Shown here piece after piece: positions 28,021-42,457 of a DNA stretch of 64,000 bases (the first letter of the stretch is position 1; the number at the start of each line of letters is the position of its first letter). Origin of the DNA: the human T2T-CHM13v2.0 reference genome, Homo sapiens. The stretch is from the NCBI RefSeq assembly GCF_009914755.1, contig NC_060929.1; one strand, 5' to 3'. The notes beneath the pieces were generated by a model. The model was not told the origin of the DNA. It saw nothing but the letters and a program-made list of their open reading frames with translations, and searched no databases. The position numbers and the translations under genes are program-made.

Positions 28021-29329
28021 CACCTGGGTTCCCTCTGGTCTCTGCCTTCTCCCTGGCTGCCTGGTTGGTCCCAAGGCCACACTCAGATTTGGAAGGTGAT
28101 CTGTGTCTCATCCAGGCGTCCACTGTGGCTTCACGTTTCTGTCAGTCATATGCACTAGGCTGCACCTCACCTTGTTAAGTAGAGATTTTAACATTCACCC
28201 CCTGAACATGAAATCAGCATGTGGACTAAACTCAGAAAGATTTCCCGAGGCAAAATCGTGTCTTTAGTGGGCCATTTAGTGTGGGATCTACTTAAACTAT
28301 CACTGGAATACATGGTGGATGTCAAGGAAGGCCCTGGCCCAACCCTGCTGCTGCTGAGGGAGGGGGCGGGGGTAAGGCCTGGTAGGGGGGCGGGAAGCAC
28401 CTCTGGGTTCTGTACCTGGAGTGCCCACCCTGAATCACCCACCTTCACGCACCGTCTCTGTGGCTGTGGAAACATCCGGCACAATGAGCACGGGGCGACT
28501 GTGAGACAGGGCCTTAGAAAGGGCGCGGTCTCTGGACTTGGAGTGAATGTCTGCACCCTTGGGTGTCAGACGCCCCAGTGGCTCTCAGTATCGACTGGAG
28601 GCTCTACAGAGAAGTGCAGTTGTGTCTGCTCTGTGGTACTCGCTGGTGACGATGAGTTACTGAGCTGTGACCATCGACACCGACTCCCACTCTCAACAGG
28701 GCTGAACACCTGCAGCGACTCCGTGGTCCTGCGAAGGTGCTTATGGCCACGCTGGGGCTTGGTCGACTCCTCCTGGGCTCTGGCATCACTGAAATAGTGT
28801 CAGGGACCTCGATCTCGGGCCTCCAGCCTCCAGAACGGTGGGGAAGCAATGTCAGTCACTCATCCAGGCTGTGGCATTTTGTTACAGCGGCCCAAGCAGA
28901 CCAATGCACCCCCTCGCCCTGTGGGTGGTAGTGACGGGAATCCATCACTCCAGCGGGTCGCCTCATGGCCAGAGGCATGGCAGGCTGGAGAGGCCGACTG
29001 CGGTCGGAGGGACCTGCTGTGTTCTCCTGGAGGAAGAATGAAGCCTTGAAGTCAGCAGAGCCCAAAGCTGCGGGGTCGGGGGCGCAGGGAGCGCTTTGCA
29101 CGTGGGTCGCTGAGAGCGAGAGCATTGCTCACCGCCACTCCCGGGACCTGTGCAGAACGAGCGGCCCCAGCCCCGGCTCTGGCCCCAGCGTTGACTGAGA
29201 ACCATCGCCCTGCACCTGAGGCAGGAGAACAGGGAATGGGGTCACCGAGGGCTAAGGCAGAAGCCGGAGGGCAGCAGGTGCCACCGGTTCCTGGCTGGAT
29301 TGGGCGGCACACAGGCCGCAGCCTCCTTC

Positions 29330-29641
29330 CTGGGAAAACAAGACAGGAGTCTCCACCTCAGCCTCTGATTGGCCGCAGGCCAGTCTTCATAGGATGCAGC
29401 CAATCAGAGACCTGGAAAGGGCACCTGGGGGTGTTACCAAATTCTTTTAGCCCAATACAAACCCTAATGGGGGCTCCGGAGCACTTGCTGGAGTCCCGTC
29501 CCCCCTTGTGGAGTGCATGTTCACTGCAAAGGATCTGCGCTTTCATTACTCTGTTATTTGTCGTTTTGTGAGTTTTGCTCAATTCTTTGTTCAACATGCC
29601 AGGAACATGGACTCACAGTCAGGACCTCCCTTCCGGTAGCA
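29330..29641 (+). mobile_element. Old ERV LTR fragment (LTR47-like)
   Basis: CCAAT boxes, then CAATTCTTTGTTCAACATGCCAGGAACATGGAC...CCGGTAGCA, which resembles an LTR U5 end. Family assignment is tentative. Confidence 0.5.
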
Positions 29642-30039
29642 CACCCAGTAGGGCCTCCAGCCCACCCACAGCGTGGCTCCCACCGCCCCCGGGGTTGCCC
29701 ACGGCGGGGATCCCACCACCCCTCGGGCCGCCCATGGCAGGGCTCCCACTGCCCACCAGCGCCAAGCCCTTCTGCTCAGGTCGCCTGCTCCTGAGTGGCG
29801 GGGACACGGCTCTGGGATCCTATGGCCACAGATCCGTTCCTCACCCCTTTGCTGTAAAATGCGTTTCTTGGTCAGGAACATCGTGTGGGAAATTATAACA
29901 TCTGAATAAGGCGTTCGGAAAGACTGTGGGCGACAGTGCTGAAGACAGCCCTGGAGTAAGGGATGGTGACAAGTCCCAGACAAGCACCCACCCCAGAGAG
30001 AATAGCTCTGCTCTCCCCACCGTAGAAAAGCCCAGTTTT

Positions 30040-30525
<486 letters not shown>

Positions 30526-32824
30526 TCACATGGAGAGCCCCAGTGCCCGGGATGGTCCTCAGTGAGCATTCACAGGGCGCGGCGTCCTCCAGCCGTGAGC
30601 ATTGGATAGGCTGATGTACACCTCTGCCCCGACCACCCTGCCACGCCTTTCCACGGGTGCTCCTCCCTCCTTGATGGTCTCGTCAAACAGCGGCCGTCCA
30701 CGAGTCAGCGTGCATCCATGCCTCTGGCCGTCTCTCCTCCAGTGGAGGCGAGCAACTCACTTAGTGTGGACATCCTGCCTCCCAGGGCATGTCCCTTCCC
30801 CAGCACCTTCAGGACCACCCGTGCCTGGGATGTGGGCCCACAAGCTGCCGCAGCCACACAAAAGCCACCCAGACACCGAGGGGCAAGTAGCACCAGTGCA
30901 TTGGCAGCCTGCAGCTCACCTGCTGAGCGGGTCAGGATGTGACACGGGCGGTCACTGGAAGGCAGAGGGGCCCCCCAGCCTTGAGCCTCCTTCGCGGTAA
31001 GTGGTGCAGGGGCAGCCATTTCTCTTTCACTTCTCACTGTCTCCAGAACAGGAGAAATATCCGGAGCTCAGGCCTGTGTGTGTTTGTGAGGCCAGAGGTC
31101 AGTGAAGCCTCACAAACTCAGGATGTGCTCCTCCTAACCCTCATGTCTCCTCCTCTTCCTCCTCCTCACCCGTCCCCTCCTCGTTCCTCCCACTGGGATA
31201 TCAGAGTCAGAGAGCTACAGGGGTAGAAGGGATGTGGGGGTCACACGGGCGTCCGCTCGAGCCCTGCCTGGGCGCTGGAGGAGGGCCTGGCCATGTTTTC
31301 TTTCCTAGAAACTCTCATTTGATCCTCCGAAGGGAGAGAAGGGACGGGAAGGAACAGAGGCCTTGGGTGTCGGCCTAATTCAGTCCCAAGGCCACCCCCA
31401 CCTGCCATCCTTGGGGCCACTGGTGACTCCACATTGCAGAGCAGCTGCTGGCTGAGGCTGGGCTTGGCGGTGCTCACGTGCCTGGGGTGTGAAAGCTGCA
31501 CGCAGCCCTCATCTGGCCAGGTCCCCGGCTCCGACTCACACCGTGCTTGGCCAGTGTTTAACTCACACAGCGTGATGCTCTCCACTTCATGCCTGGGGAC
31601 GGACGTCACTCCTATTCCATGTCTTGTCTTTCCACAGGACTCACGTACGGACTCACATGGCTTTGTGTGCAAAAGACGACTACACGGTCGTAAACGAGGC
31701 GGCCCACCCCAGCTCTCCCTCAGGTGAGGCTCAGCTGGGGGCAGACCAGGCCAGCCACGTCCTGCAGGGCGAGAGGCACCCGGCCCGCTGGAGTCCCACG
31801 CAGCCCTGACATGCCCAGGACCCTGCTCACCCCACACCCTCGCTCGGGCACCCACCCCCTGCCTGCAGTGGGGGCTTTCCCTGGGGCCTCAAGACTGCAG
31901 GAGAGGCAGGCGGGGCCTGTGGGGTTGTGTTTCTTCTCTCCAGAGTTCCTGAGTCCGGAGCACATAGGCAGAAGGAGCTGCTCCCCATGTTCCCAGGGCT
32001 GCTCCTGCAGGGGCTCAGGAGTGGGGACCGGGGGGTTTTGTCAGAGCAAGTCCCCAGGGGCCAGGCCCAGTCATCTCGCTCCAGGCAGCCTGGGCCTGGG
32101 GCCCTGACCACTTGCCCCGCACGACTCAGGGCCCCCTCCGCACCTGGACACGGGCCCCACAGGCCACGCTCAGGCCACCCCAGGGTCAGGAACACAAGGC
32201 TACGCTGGGAAGTGCCAGCGTCTCGCACATAGAATTGGTGTTGCTTCTCTCTTCTCAATATCCACCCCGAATACCCCATTTTCCACATTTCCTATATTAA
32301 ACTGTATTATTTTGTAGTTAGAAAAAAGTTTTATTTCTAAAGATGGCAGCTTCTGTCTCTGTACCCGTGGAGTTAGAATCAGGAAGAGAATGTGGCTCCC
32401 GTCGCGTGGCACCTGTGGTCAGGGTGGGGGCACCCAGCTATAAGCCACATCATTCGTGTTCAGTCCCTGTCAGTTTCATGAGAAGTGGCAGCCGAGAGGG
32501 CAGCCCGGGAGGTGCCACCCGAGCTGACGGTGACACCACGGTGATGCCTGGCTGAGCTCAGGGCGGCAGCACACCCCTCCTCGGGACCGCCTGTGTGGGT
32601 GTCCCCTGTAAGGTGGCATTGCCTGGGCCCCCGCCAGGCCACAGTTTTCCAAAGACTCCAGGGCTTGGCTGCTGCATCCAGCTGCAAAGAGGCCTGCTGG
32701 GAAAAGAGCTGATGCCACAGGGAAGAAACGCGACCCCCACGGGCCCTGCTGGCCTCTCCAAGGCCCCGACCACTGGACGCAGAGGAAGCCGGCCTTGCGT
32801 CAGGGTGAGATGGATGGAGACGGC

Positions 32825-32940
32825 CACGGGCAGTGCTGCCCCCAGCGGGGCGCGCCTCACCCTGGACTGTGGGGTCCTCTCCACAGGCAGCGCTGCCCCC
32901 AGCGGGGCGCGCCTCACCCTGGACTGTGGGGTCCTCTCCA
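32825..32940. repeat. 57-bp tandem duplication
   Basis: Two copies of CAC(G/A)GGCAG(T/C)GCTGCCCCCAGCGGGGCGCGCCTCACCCTGGACTGTGGGGTCCTCTC. Confidence 0.9.
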
Positions 32941-33111
32941 GAGCCGCCCATCTGGTCCTGAGACTTGGCCCAAGGCTTTGGGTCCACAGCCTGGCTCTAA
33001 GGAAAGCCTGTGCCAGGCCTTGGGGAACCCATTGCCGAGCAGTCACAGAAAGCTCCCGGGGTCCCCGGGGCCCATCTCAGTGAAGCCTGAGGCGGGGGAT
33101 GGGGGTGGGGA

Positions 33112-33273
33112 GCAGGGCCCTTCCCGCTGGAGCCTGGAGCCTGTGCCTCTGGGTCCCCTGTGGGGTGGGGGCCTCATAGCCATGCTCCCAGGGTGGGATG
33201 CAGCGCCCTCCCCGCTGGAGCCTGGAGCCTGTGCCTCTGAGGCCCCTGTGGGGTGGGGGCCTCACAGCCATGC
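33112..33273. repeat. 88-bp-period direct duplication
   Basis: CCCGCTGGAGCCTGGAGCCTGTGCCTCTG...GGGGTGGGGGCCTCA(T/C)AGCCATGC occurs twice, starting at 33112 and 33200. Confidence 0.85.
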
Positions 33274-34457
33274 ATCCAGGTGCCTGGTTCTTCCCCCATG
33301 GAGCTTGTCATAGGTACGGCTGGTGTGCCAGAGTCTGAGGCCCTCTGTCCCGAGAGCCGTCGTTCTCCAGGCTCTAGGTACCAGACCTCCATCTGTGACT
33401 CCCCCAGGCGCCCACACTTTCCTGGCTCTCCTCCGCCCCCGACCCCATCTGCTGGGGCCCTGGCAGCCCTTCCACGTCTGCTCCTCCTTCCTCCTCCCCA
33501 CAGAAGCCCTAGGGATGGTCCCAAAGCCAGGCCGAGTGTGTGACACCGTCTCCAGCTCCCACGTGCTCAGGGTCGGGGCGGGCTCAGCGGGGTGTCTGGC
33601 TGCCGCCTCTCACCCCTTCCCTCCTTCGGAAACACGGCACTGGGCCTGACATCCACCATACGGGACAGTGGCTGGGCTTCTCTGGCCAGACCGAGGGGCC
33701 GCCCCTGCTGGCACTACGGGAGGTCACCCTGCAACACCCCGGATGCAGGGAGGATGCCCCCAAAGGAGCCCCCTTCTCCTTCTGAGGCTTCTGAGGAGCC
33801 CGGGGCTCAGCGCAGCTATAACCCCTTAGAATCCCCCGCTCCTCGGAGCCCCTGCCACCTCCCCGGGCTTTTCCCAAACACTGCCTGCTCATGGTGGGCT
33901 CTGGGACCTTCTGGAAAAGAGGGAGCCCTTGTCTTTTCAGTGCTTCAGAGGCCGTGCTAGTTCTTTGCCAACACACGGGCAGGAAGAGTTGAGTGGCGTC
34001 CAAGGGCCGGAAAAGCCGAGCCCCTCCCCAGTCCTGGCCTTGAAGGCTGCTCTGTTCCTGAGCTGGGCACAGAAGCTGCAGTGACTCAGGGTCCACCGTG
34101 GGGTCGGGCCTCACCCTGGGCCCAGGTGAGCCAGAAGGGACAGCGCTTTGAGGGCTGACCTCACGCAGGTCCCCGGGCCAGGGAGAGGCCGCACCTGCGC
34201 CTGGGTGGTGGAGGGGAAGGGAGGAGGGGCTGCTCCCACTCTGAGCAGGCTCTGGAGGAGGATCAGGACAGGCCCTAAGGCGCTGTTTCTCCCCCACCCC
34301 ATGGCCTTGGGAGAGGGTCTGCCCCACTCCCTCTTCTCTCCCATGACCTCTGACCCTCAGCCCCTCCTTCCTTTGGGCCATGCTGGCTAGTAGGCTCCTC
34401 CCATGTCCACAGCGGTGGCTCCGCGCTGCCCCTTGGACTTCCCCGAAGTGACCCTGA

Positions 34458-34931
<474 letters not shown>

Positions 34932-37519
34932 TGAATGTTCTTTTCAGGACCACTCAGGCCTCCAGCCCCAGGCGCCCAAGAGGTTTACCTGTTTCCCACC
35001 CAGGAGCCCCCACCCTGCGTGTCCTCTGACAGCTGTGGGGACCTCACTTCAAACGGGCTTCAAGGGAGGCCCCAGCACTGTGTCTTACCTCAGGCTGAGG
35101 TCTTACCTCAGCCTCAGGTCTTACCTCAGCCTCCCTCCCGGCCCGTCCATCTCAGGTCCCCTCAGCGCCCCCGGCAGATGTGCCTGAGAACCTTGCTGAA
35201 GGGGTGCCAGGGTCGGGGACTCCGGGACTCACAGCCAGAAGAACTCTCCCTGCACCCCGCTGCCCCGAGGAAGGGCGTCCAAGCCCTGCCTCTCCCAAGG
35301 CCCACCTCTCAGGGGCAGCGGATCGGAATGGGGCACCCACCCGGGGAGGCCCTGTGCTCCCGATTAGATTATCAACACCACACAGTTCACCTTTGCTCGG
35401 CTGCGCTGCTGTTGGTTGAGGAAAAGCAAAGAGGAGTTACATTTTAACATTTGTGATAGCGCAGCTAGCAGCTCGCAGCTCCTGCAGACAGCTGCTGGGG
35501 GGAGGGTGCCCAGGGAGTCCACGCTGGCTCCAATAAACCCGGCTCCCAGAGACGTGTGTCCTGTCGCCAGGCCTGCTCGCCCCAGAGAGGCTGTGGGGCA
35601 CAGTGAGAAACGTCTCCGGCGTGATTGCTATTGGTGAACTGTGAGTTTCGTTCACCTGCTAAAAATGTTCCCCCAAACAATGTTTCCTTGGAAGCACTTC
35701 CATTTCAAAATACAGCTGCAAAGTGCCTTGCTTGGCCCGTGAAGGTCAATGAGCCCGCAGAAGGGGCAGAGACAAAAGGGTTTTTAATAACGCTCCTTGC
35801 TGTCAGCAGCAGCACAGGCTCTGTAGACAAGTCAGGCTTTGTTCCCGGCAGTCCGCTGTCATTACATGGGGCAGCTCCATAAAGATACCAAGGCCAGCTC
35901 TGAGGCCAGGGTGCAGACTCCAGATGCACAGATGCTGGGCCGGGGATGCCCCTCACCTGGACAGGAGGACAAAATCCCCAGGAGCCCTGGACGGGGGTGG
36001 GGCAGGAATGGGGTAAACCACATGCAGCATCCAGCACCCGGCACCCGGCACCCAGAACCCAGCACCCGGCACTGTGCTCAGTAAGGCCTGGAGGACACCA
36101 GGGCCGGCCCCAGGGAAGAGGGGGAGAGCAGGTGGCTCCGTGGTCAGGGCTGGGCAGAGGCAGGAAGGGGCAGGGCCAGCGGCCTTTGGGTAACAGCGAA
36201 GCTCCTCCTTGCTTGGTTTTCAAGCTCTGAGACCCCTCAGGGGCTGCTGCAGGGGGTGAGGGAGGGGCAAGAAGGGGCATGAGGGGGAAATAGGAGACGT
36301 AAGGGGAGCTCACTTCTCCCCCAACCCTTTCCAGGGCAGCAGACCCCCTCTGGCCAGCGGTGTGTGCTCCACCTCCACCTAAGGCTTCCAGTCTGGGCTG
36401 CTAAATGGGGAGCCCCTGTCCCCACCCCGGGCGCAGCCCCAGGCTCCCGATAGGCTGGCAAGGCTGGAGAGCCATGGGCAGGCCCAGCCAGGGCCACCAA
36501 GGGTTCTGCACATCAGGGCGTGGAGATGATGAAGGGCTGGGTGCACACGGCCCTGGGGTGGGGCAGGAGGAGCACCCAGGGTCTGGGGGAAGGGGCCTGG
36601 ATGGGTGGGACACGGGCATCCTAGCCGTGGGCAGAAACCTGGAGGCCCCAGAGAGCAGACTCACCTGGGGACGAGAGCTGCCTGAGTACCCCGCACGGGT
36701 GCAGGTGCTAGGCAGGCAGAGCTCCTGGAATGTTCCACAGAGGCGGACCCCGCTCTGCCCAGGTTCTCTTTGCAGGTGCTCAGCAGGGTCACAGGTGCTT
36801 CTTGGAAAACCACAGGCCACTGAGAAGACACCTCCCCAGTTGACGGTTAATCACAAACCATTGGTTAGAAACCATTTTACAGGATTCTAGAGGTGCTTGG
36901 AGAAGGAGCTCAGGGATAACCCAGGTGCTGCGGGGTCGGGTCAGGCTGTGGCCTTGGACGCCCCTTCTGTCCCATCCACAAACTCAACTTGGCGCCTCTT
37001 GGGGCTGAGACTGGCACCCGAGCCTCCCCTGCAGTGGAGGCCCCTGTACGCTCTGGGGTCAGGTGGACGGAGGTGAGGACCACTCCCCCTCACCGGGACC
37101 CACGGACACTGTGCCCACATCCCAGGACCTTTCTTCTGGGCCATGGAGGCCAGGGGTGGCTGAGCTGCTAGTCTGAGGACCTGGGTTCATTTACTGACCA
37201 GGCCCCCAGTGGATGCTTGGGCCCCCAGCTGGAAGACGGGGCTGGTCCTGCCTGGGGAGGCTCCTCTGGGAGAGGCCATTGGGAGGGCTTTATCCTGGAT
37301 GGGGCTGGGAGGTGAGCAGGGCCATTGGACTGGGCTGGGTTGTGGGAAGGAGACCTGGGGTCTGGTGCCCCTTGGCCTCCACCCTGAGTGGTCTCTTTGT
37401 CCCCAGGACTCAGTTTCCTCATCTGTAGAATGAGGGCTGACCCAGCCCACCCTTTGTCACCCGGTACCTGGAGTGCCTGGAGGGTCTGTGGAAGGAGCTC
37501 CTCCCCCAACTCCCAGAGG

Positions 37520-37950
37520 GAGTATTGGCACATACATGTGATACGTGTGTGCATATGCACACATGTCAGGATGGAGTTGGCACATATGTGTGATATGTGT
37601 GTGCATCTGCACACATGTGATGGAGCTGGCACATGTGTAACACGCTTGTGCATCTTTACACATCTGCACACATGTCAGGATGGAACTGGCACATATGTGT
37701 AACATGTGTGTGCACCTGCACACGTGTCATGATGAACTTTACACATATGTGTGGTGTGTGTGCATCTGCACACGTGTCGTGATGGAGCTGGCACATGTGT
37801 AACATGCTTGTGCATCTTTACACATCTGCACACATCAGGATGGAGCTGGCACATATGTGTAATATGCGTGTGCATCTGCACAAGTGTCAGAATGGAACTG
37901 GCACATACGTGTGATATGCGTGTACATATGCACACATGCGTCAGGATGGA
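37520..37950. repeat. ~52-60-bp degenerate minisatellite (GATGGAGCTGGCACATATGTG...GCATCTGCACACATGTCA)
   Basis: About 7-8 imperfect copies, rich in alternating purine-pyrimidine. Confidence 0.85.
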
Positions 37951-38744
37951 AAATGCTGAATTGGCTGTTTCTCGCCCCCATGGATGGTGAAATGAGGACA
38001 CTTCTCCTCTCCGTGTTTGTTCTGCATTTTCCAAATATGTTACAAAACTGTATTTTATAATCACAAAAGTTACAAAAACACACATTTACACTATGGTTAT
38101 TTCTCTGACAATAACTACAATAACTAGGGGTGTCCCTTCACTTTTCCCAGCTGTGCACCATAGAGCAGAAGGGTTCCATGGATGGGACCAGGGCTTCCGT
38201 GCAGGACTCTGGCCCCCAGGCCTCCAGGCCACAAGCTTCAAGCTGGCTGCTTCCAGGCCCAGGGCTTCTGGCCGGGCAGCCTCCCTGGATGTCGTCCACT
38301 CAGGGCAGCCAGGGCCCCATCTGACACACTCTGTGGAGAGGAGGTCACAGCCCCTCTCTGTGCTTCCGCTGCCACCCGCTGATCTCAGCTGTTATCTTGA
38401 CACAGAGGAAAGTCAAACTGCAGCCTGTCCCAGCTTATCTCTGGGTTATTTCCGCAAAGATCCACGTTTGGGTAAGCACTGGCTCTCCTAATAACCTAGC
38501 AGTAAACACAGCCAGGAATGTGATGCCCATAGGAGAGGCACAGTGCCAGTGCAAGGCCAGCGTCCCCTGGCTGGCAGGTGCCCAGAGCGCCACACGCACA
38601 GGTGTCCTGGGAATTCCCACCCAGGGACCAGAGCATCTGGGGCACGGCCCCTCCTGGGAATGCAGTGGCCCCAGCATGGAGCACCCATGAGTGCCGTGGG
38701 TGCCAGGGACAGGACCATGGGGACTGGCCCCCTCTCTCCCCTTC

Positions 38745-38912
38745 TGTCCTTTCTCTTCTCCTCTTCCCTCCTTCTCTGTCTCTATCTCTCTCTGCCTCTC
38801 TGTCTCTGTTTCTCTCTGCCTCTCTGTGTCCCTGTCTCTCTGTCTCTGTTTCTCTCTGCCTCTCTGTCTGTCTCCCTGTCTCTCTGCCTCTGTGTCTTGC
38901 TGTCTGTCTCCC
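38745..38912. repeat. TC/TCTG-rich low-complexity tract
   Basis: Pyrimidine tract. Confidence 0.85.
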
Positions 38913-41209
38913 CTGCCCCCCGGCCTCCTGCCCTGGTGGGTGGACACTCTGCTTCCCCTTCCCTGGAAAGCAAAGGTAGAGACAAGGGCAGGGGTGAAGG
39001 TGACCAGGAGGAATGTCGGAGGTGGAGCTGACCCTGCAGATTTAGCTCCAGGCCTGGGGGAGGTGGGAGGCCTCAGGGTCTCGTGACTTAGGAAGCTGCT
39101 GCTCAATAACTTGGGCCTTACAAACTCGGCTCCTCCATGAAAACAAACCACCCCGTTCAGAACAAAGGTTACTGATCCGTGATCACGAGGCCCCCCATGG
39201 CTGCCCTCTTGGCTGCTGCCCGATGCCGGGTGCTGAGGGATGTGAGAGGCACCACCAATGAGCCATCAGCATCCCTGGCACCTTTCTCTGGCTGGGCATG
39301 GGGGGCGTCCATGCTTTCAGGATGTCTCTGCCCTGTCCTGGTGGCTGCCCCAGGATGTGGGCACCCCCACCCCCTCCTGCTTTTCTCTCCTGGGCCCAGC
39401 CCGGCCTCACACTCATCTTGCTGCACCTGGAAGTTTCCAGAAAGGATGGAATCAGGGCCTTGGGCCTCCTCAGGAGAGACCTGTACTTCGCTGTGATAGC
39501 TCCAGCCACACCTCAGGTTTGACCGCCATGCTCCAGCTGGCAGCTCCTTCAGGGCAGATGCAGGAGCCCTGTGGCCCCGCTGGGGTGACGTGGGCCTTGG
39601 GGATGAGCCTCCACTGATAATTCTCAGGCAGGGATGGGTGGGAGGGCTGAGGAGTCCAGGACGCAGCAGGTCCAGTCCTTGTTGGGGCGCTTGACCCTGT
39701 GCTGGGGACGGCAGCCCCGCCTTGGCTGGCTGTGGGCAGATGGTGGGGGTGGCACAGGAGGACCAAGCCTGGCTTCCTGCTGCTTCCATCTCCTGAAAAG
39801 GCTCAGAGGCTATGAAAGGGCGGTGCCTCCGAGGTGGGCCCCCTCCCCACCACCCTACCCAATGGGAGGTCATTCTTCCTCCCTGCAGGGGAGCGAGGAC
39901 CTGAGCGATGATTCCCACGTGTGTGTCTCCTGAGGGCTTGGTCCCTGTGAGATGCCCCAGGGCCCCGAAAAGCCAAGGCCAGGGCACGCTGGGACCCCTG
40001 CTGGCCTGGCAGCTTCCAAATGCTGCCCTTCAGTGAGGGCCCGGCTGAGCAGCCAGGTCATTACCAGTCTGCTGTGCCTGAGAAGTCCTCTGCAGACCTG
40101 AGGGTCCACCCACCACACTGGGCTGAAGGCACAGCCGGAGGCCTCTGTTGCTCAGCACTGAGAGGTCCTGGCTGGGAGCTGAGGCCTCTGCCAGCAGGCT
40201 GGGTGGGGGCTGGGGGTGGCACAGTGGCTGGGAGGAGGCGGCCGTCCCCCAGGAGAGAAAGAAGCCAGAGAGCATGTCCAAATGCAGTGCTGGGCCTGTG
40301 TGGGGCTGGGGCGGCTGCGGCCGGTCCTCGGTGTGCCTGGCCCCTGGCCGTCCATCCTGGCCACGTGGGTACCTCTGACCATGCTTTCAGGCTCTCCTCC
40401 TCCAGCCTTGAGGGTGCTGTGCCTCCTTGTCCCCTTGAAGGAGCAGGTGCTTGGATGTTGGAATGGCTTTGGCCGGCAGACTGTGGGCAGGGGTGGCCCA
40501 TACTGGGTCCCCAGCTCTCCCCCGCCAGCTTCAGCAGCTGTGGACTCTGCAGGTGCTCTGGAGGTGCAGCTGCCTGGAGGATCCCTGGCCCATAGAACAT
40601 TGTCATGGACAGTTGGGGGATGTTTGTTCCTGCAGCGTAGCCTCTCTTGTGCCGGCTAAAATGTCGTCTCTTCCAGATGATTTGAAAGATGGGGCATCTT
40701 ATGTGGGAAACATCTAAAGCTGAAAGCCTGCCCCATTTCAATAAAATCCGAGAGGCAAAAACACGAAATTGATTAAGGGTCAAATCCCCTTTACAAAGGA
40801 TTCCGGAAGCTCTTTGGTATATTTCAGCTGTATGTTGTTAAGCTTATGAAATTAGTGAAGGTTTTAAATAAATAATATTACCTACTGTGAGTGAAAGTTC
40901 AGTGAGTAGAAGATCCGTAATTCCTGCTGGCGGAAGCATAACTCAGCTTTTTATGGAGAATTTTGTGATGTACGTGTCTACCTGGAAGATAAGGGCAGCC
41001 TGTGGCCTTATAATTCCCATCACAGCAATCCACCCCAAGGACACCGTTGGAAATGTGGATTAAGTCATATGGGCAAGGAACATAGATTATAAAACTCTAA
41101 GTCTATTTGTGGTGAACTGAAGCCAGTGTTGTAAAAATTATGCATGATGGACAGATTGGGATTATTCCAGGATGGTAAAATTGGTTTAATATTTAACAAT
41201 CAAACTGTG

Positions 41210-41518
41210 GGCCAGGTGCGGTGGCTTGTGCCTGTAATCCCAGCCCTTTGGGAGACCAAGGCAGGTGGATCACCTGAAGTTAGGATTTCGAGACCAGCCT
41301 GGCCAACATGGTGAAACCCTGTCTCTACTAACAATACAAAAATTAGCCGGGTGTGGTGGCACGCGCCCATAATCCCAGCTACTCAGGAGGCTGAGGCAGG
41401 AGAATCACTTGAACCCAGGAGGCGGAGATTGCACTGAGCCAAGATTACGCCACTGCACTCCAGCCTGGGCAACAGAGGGAGACTCCATCTCAAAAAACAA
41501 ACAAACAAACAAACAAAA
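41210..41518 (+). mobile_element. Alu (AluS-type) with (CAAA)n tail
   Basis: Full dimeric Alu. Confidence 0.95.
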
Positions 41519-42086
41519 TACTGTGTAATCACCTCATGAAGATAATGAAGAATGAAGAGGAACAATGTCTCCTCAAAAATGTAGGAGATAATTTTATGAA
41601 GTTTATCACCATTCATGATAAAAAGCAGAACATCAAGGAGGGTTGAGGGCAATGGGAATTTCTTTTTCGGGATGAGCACGTTCCAGCGTCGATTGCAGTG
41701 ACAGTTGCAGGATGACGTGAGTTCCCTGAAAGCCACTGGATCATGGGCTTGAAGCGAGTGGATTCTACGGTGTGAGAATCAATAAAGCTCATGAAAAAAT
41801 TAAAAGAAACTCTTAGTAAACTGAGAACAGAAGGAGGAGCCTTGAATCTGAAATGAGCTTGTACAAAAGTCTCCACCATACTAGGTGACTCCAGGGGTGA
41901 CCTGCTGATGGCTTCCCACAGGCAGGTCAAGGCCAGGAGGCCGCCATGGGGACCCCACCCAGCACTGTGCTGGACACAACGCGGCAAGACAAGAAACACA
42001 GAAGAAGCAAAGGTGACAGAGTGGGGGAGGAGAAATAAAGCCGGCACCTGCAGTTGGCATAATTTTGTATTAAGATATCTTAAAAG

Positions 42087-42394
<308 letters not shown>

Positions 42395-42457
42395 TCAATG
42401 GGTAAAATATTAGAAAAAGATTTTGATGTAAGGTCAATATACAAAAAGTAATTGCGC

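Noticed and set aside
32825-32940. Duplicated CTCF-like motif (CCCGCTGGGGGCAGC) in the 57-bp duplication
   Set aside because: Lacks the near-invariant A of the core AG; too weak to call without ChIP data.
40660-40990. AT-rich unique stretch with an acceptor-like TCTCTTCCAG and AATAAA (possible terminal exon)
   Set aside because: Short motifs expected by chance; no upstream exon or ORF support, and it lies next to decayed L1 sequence.
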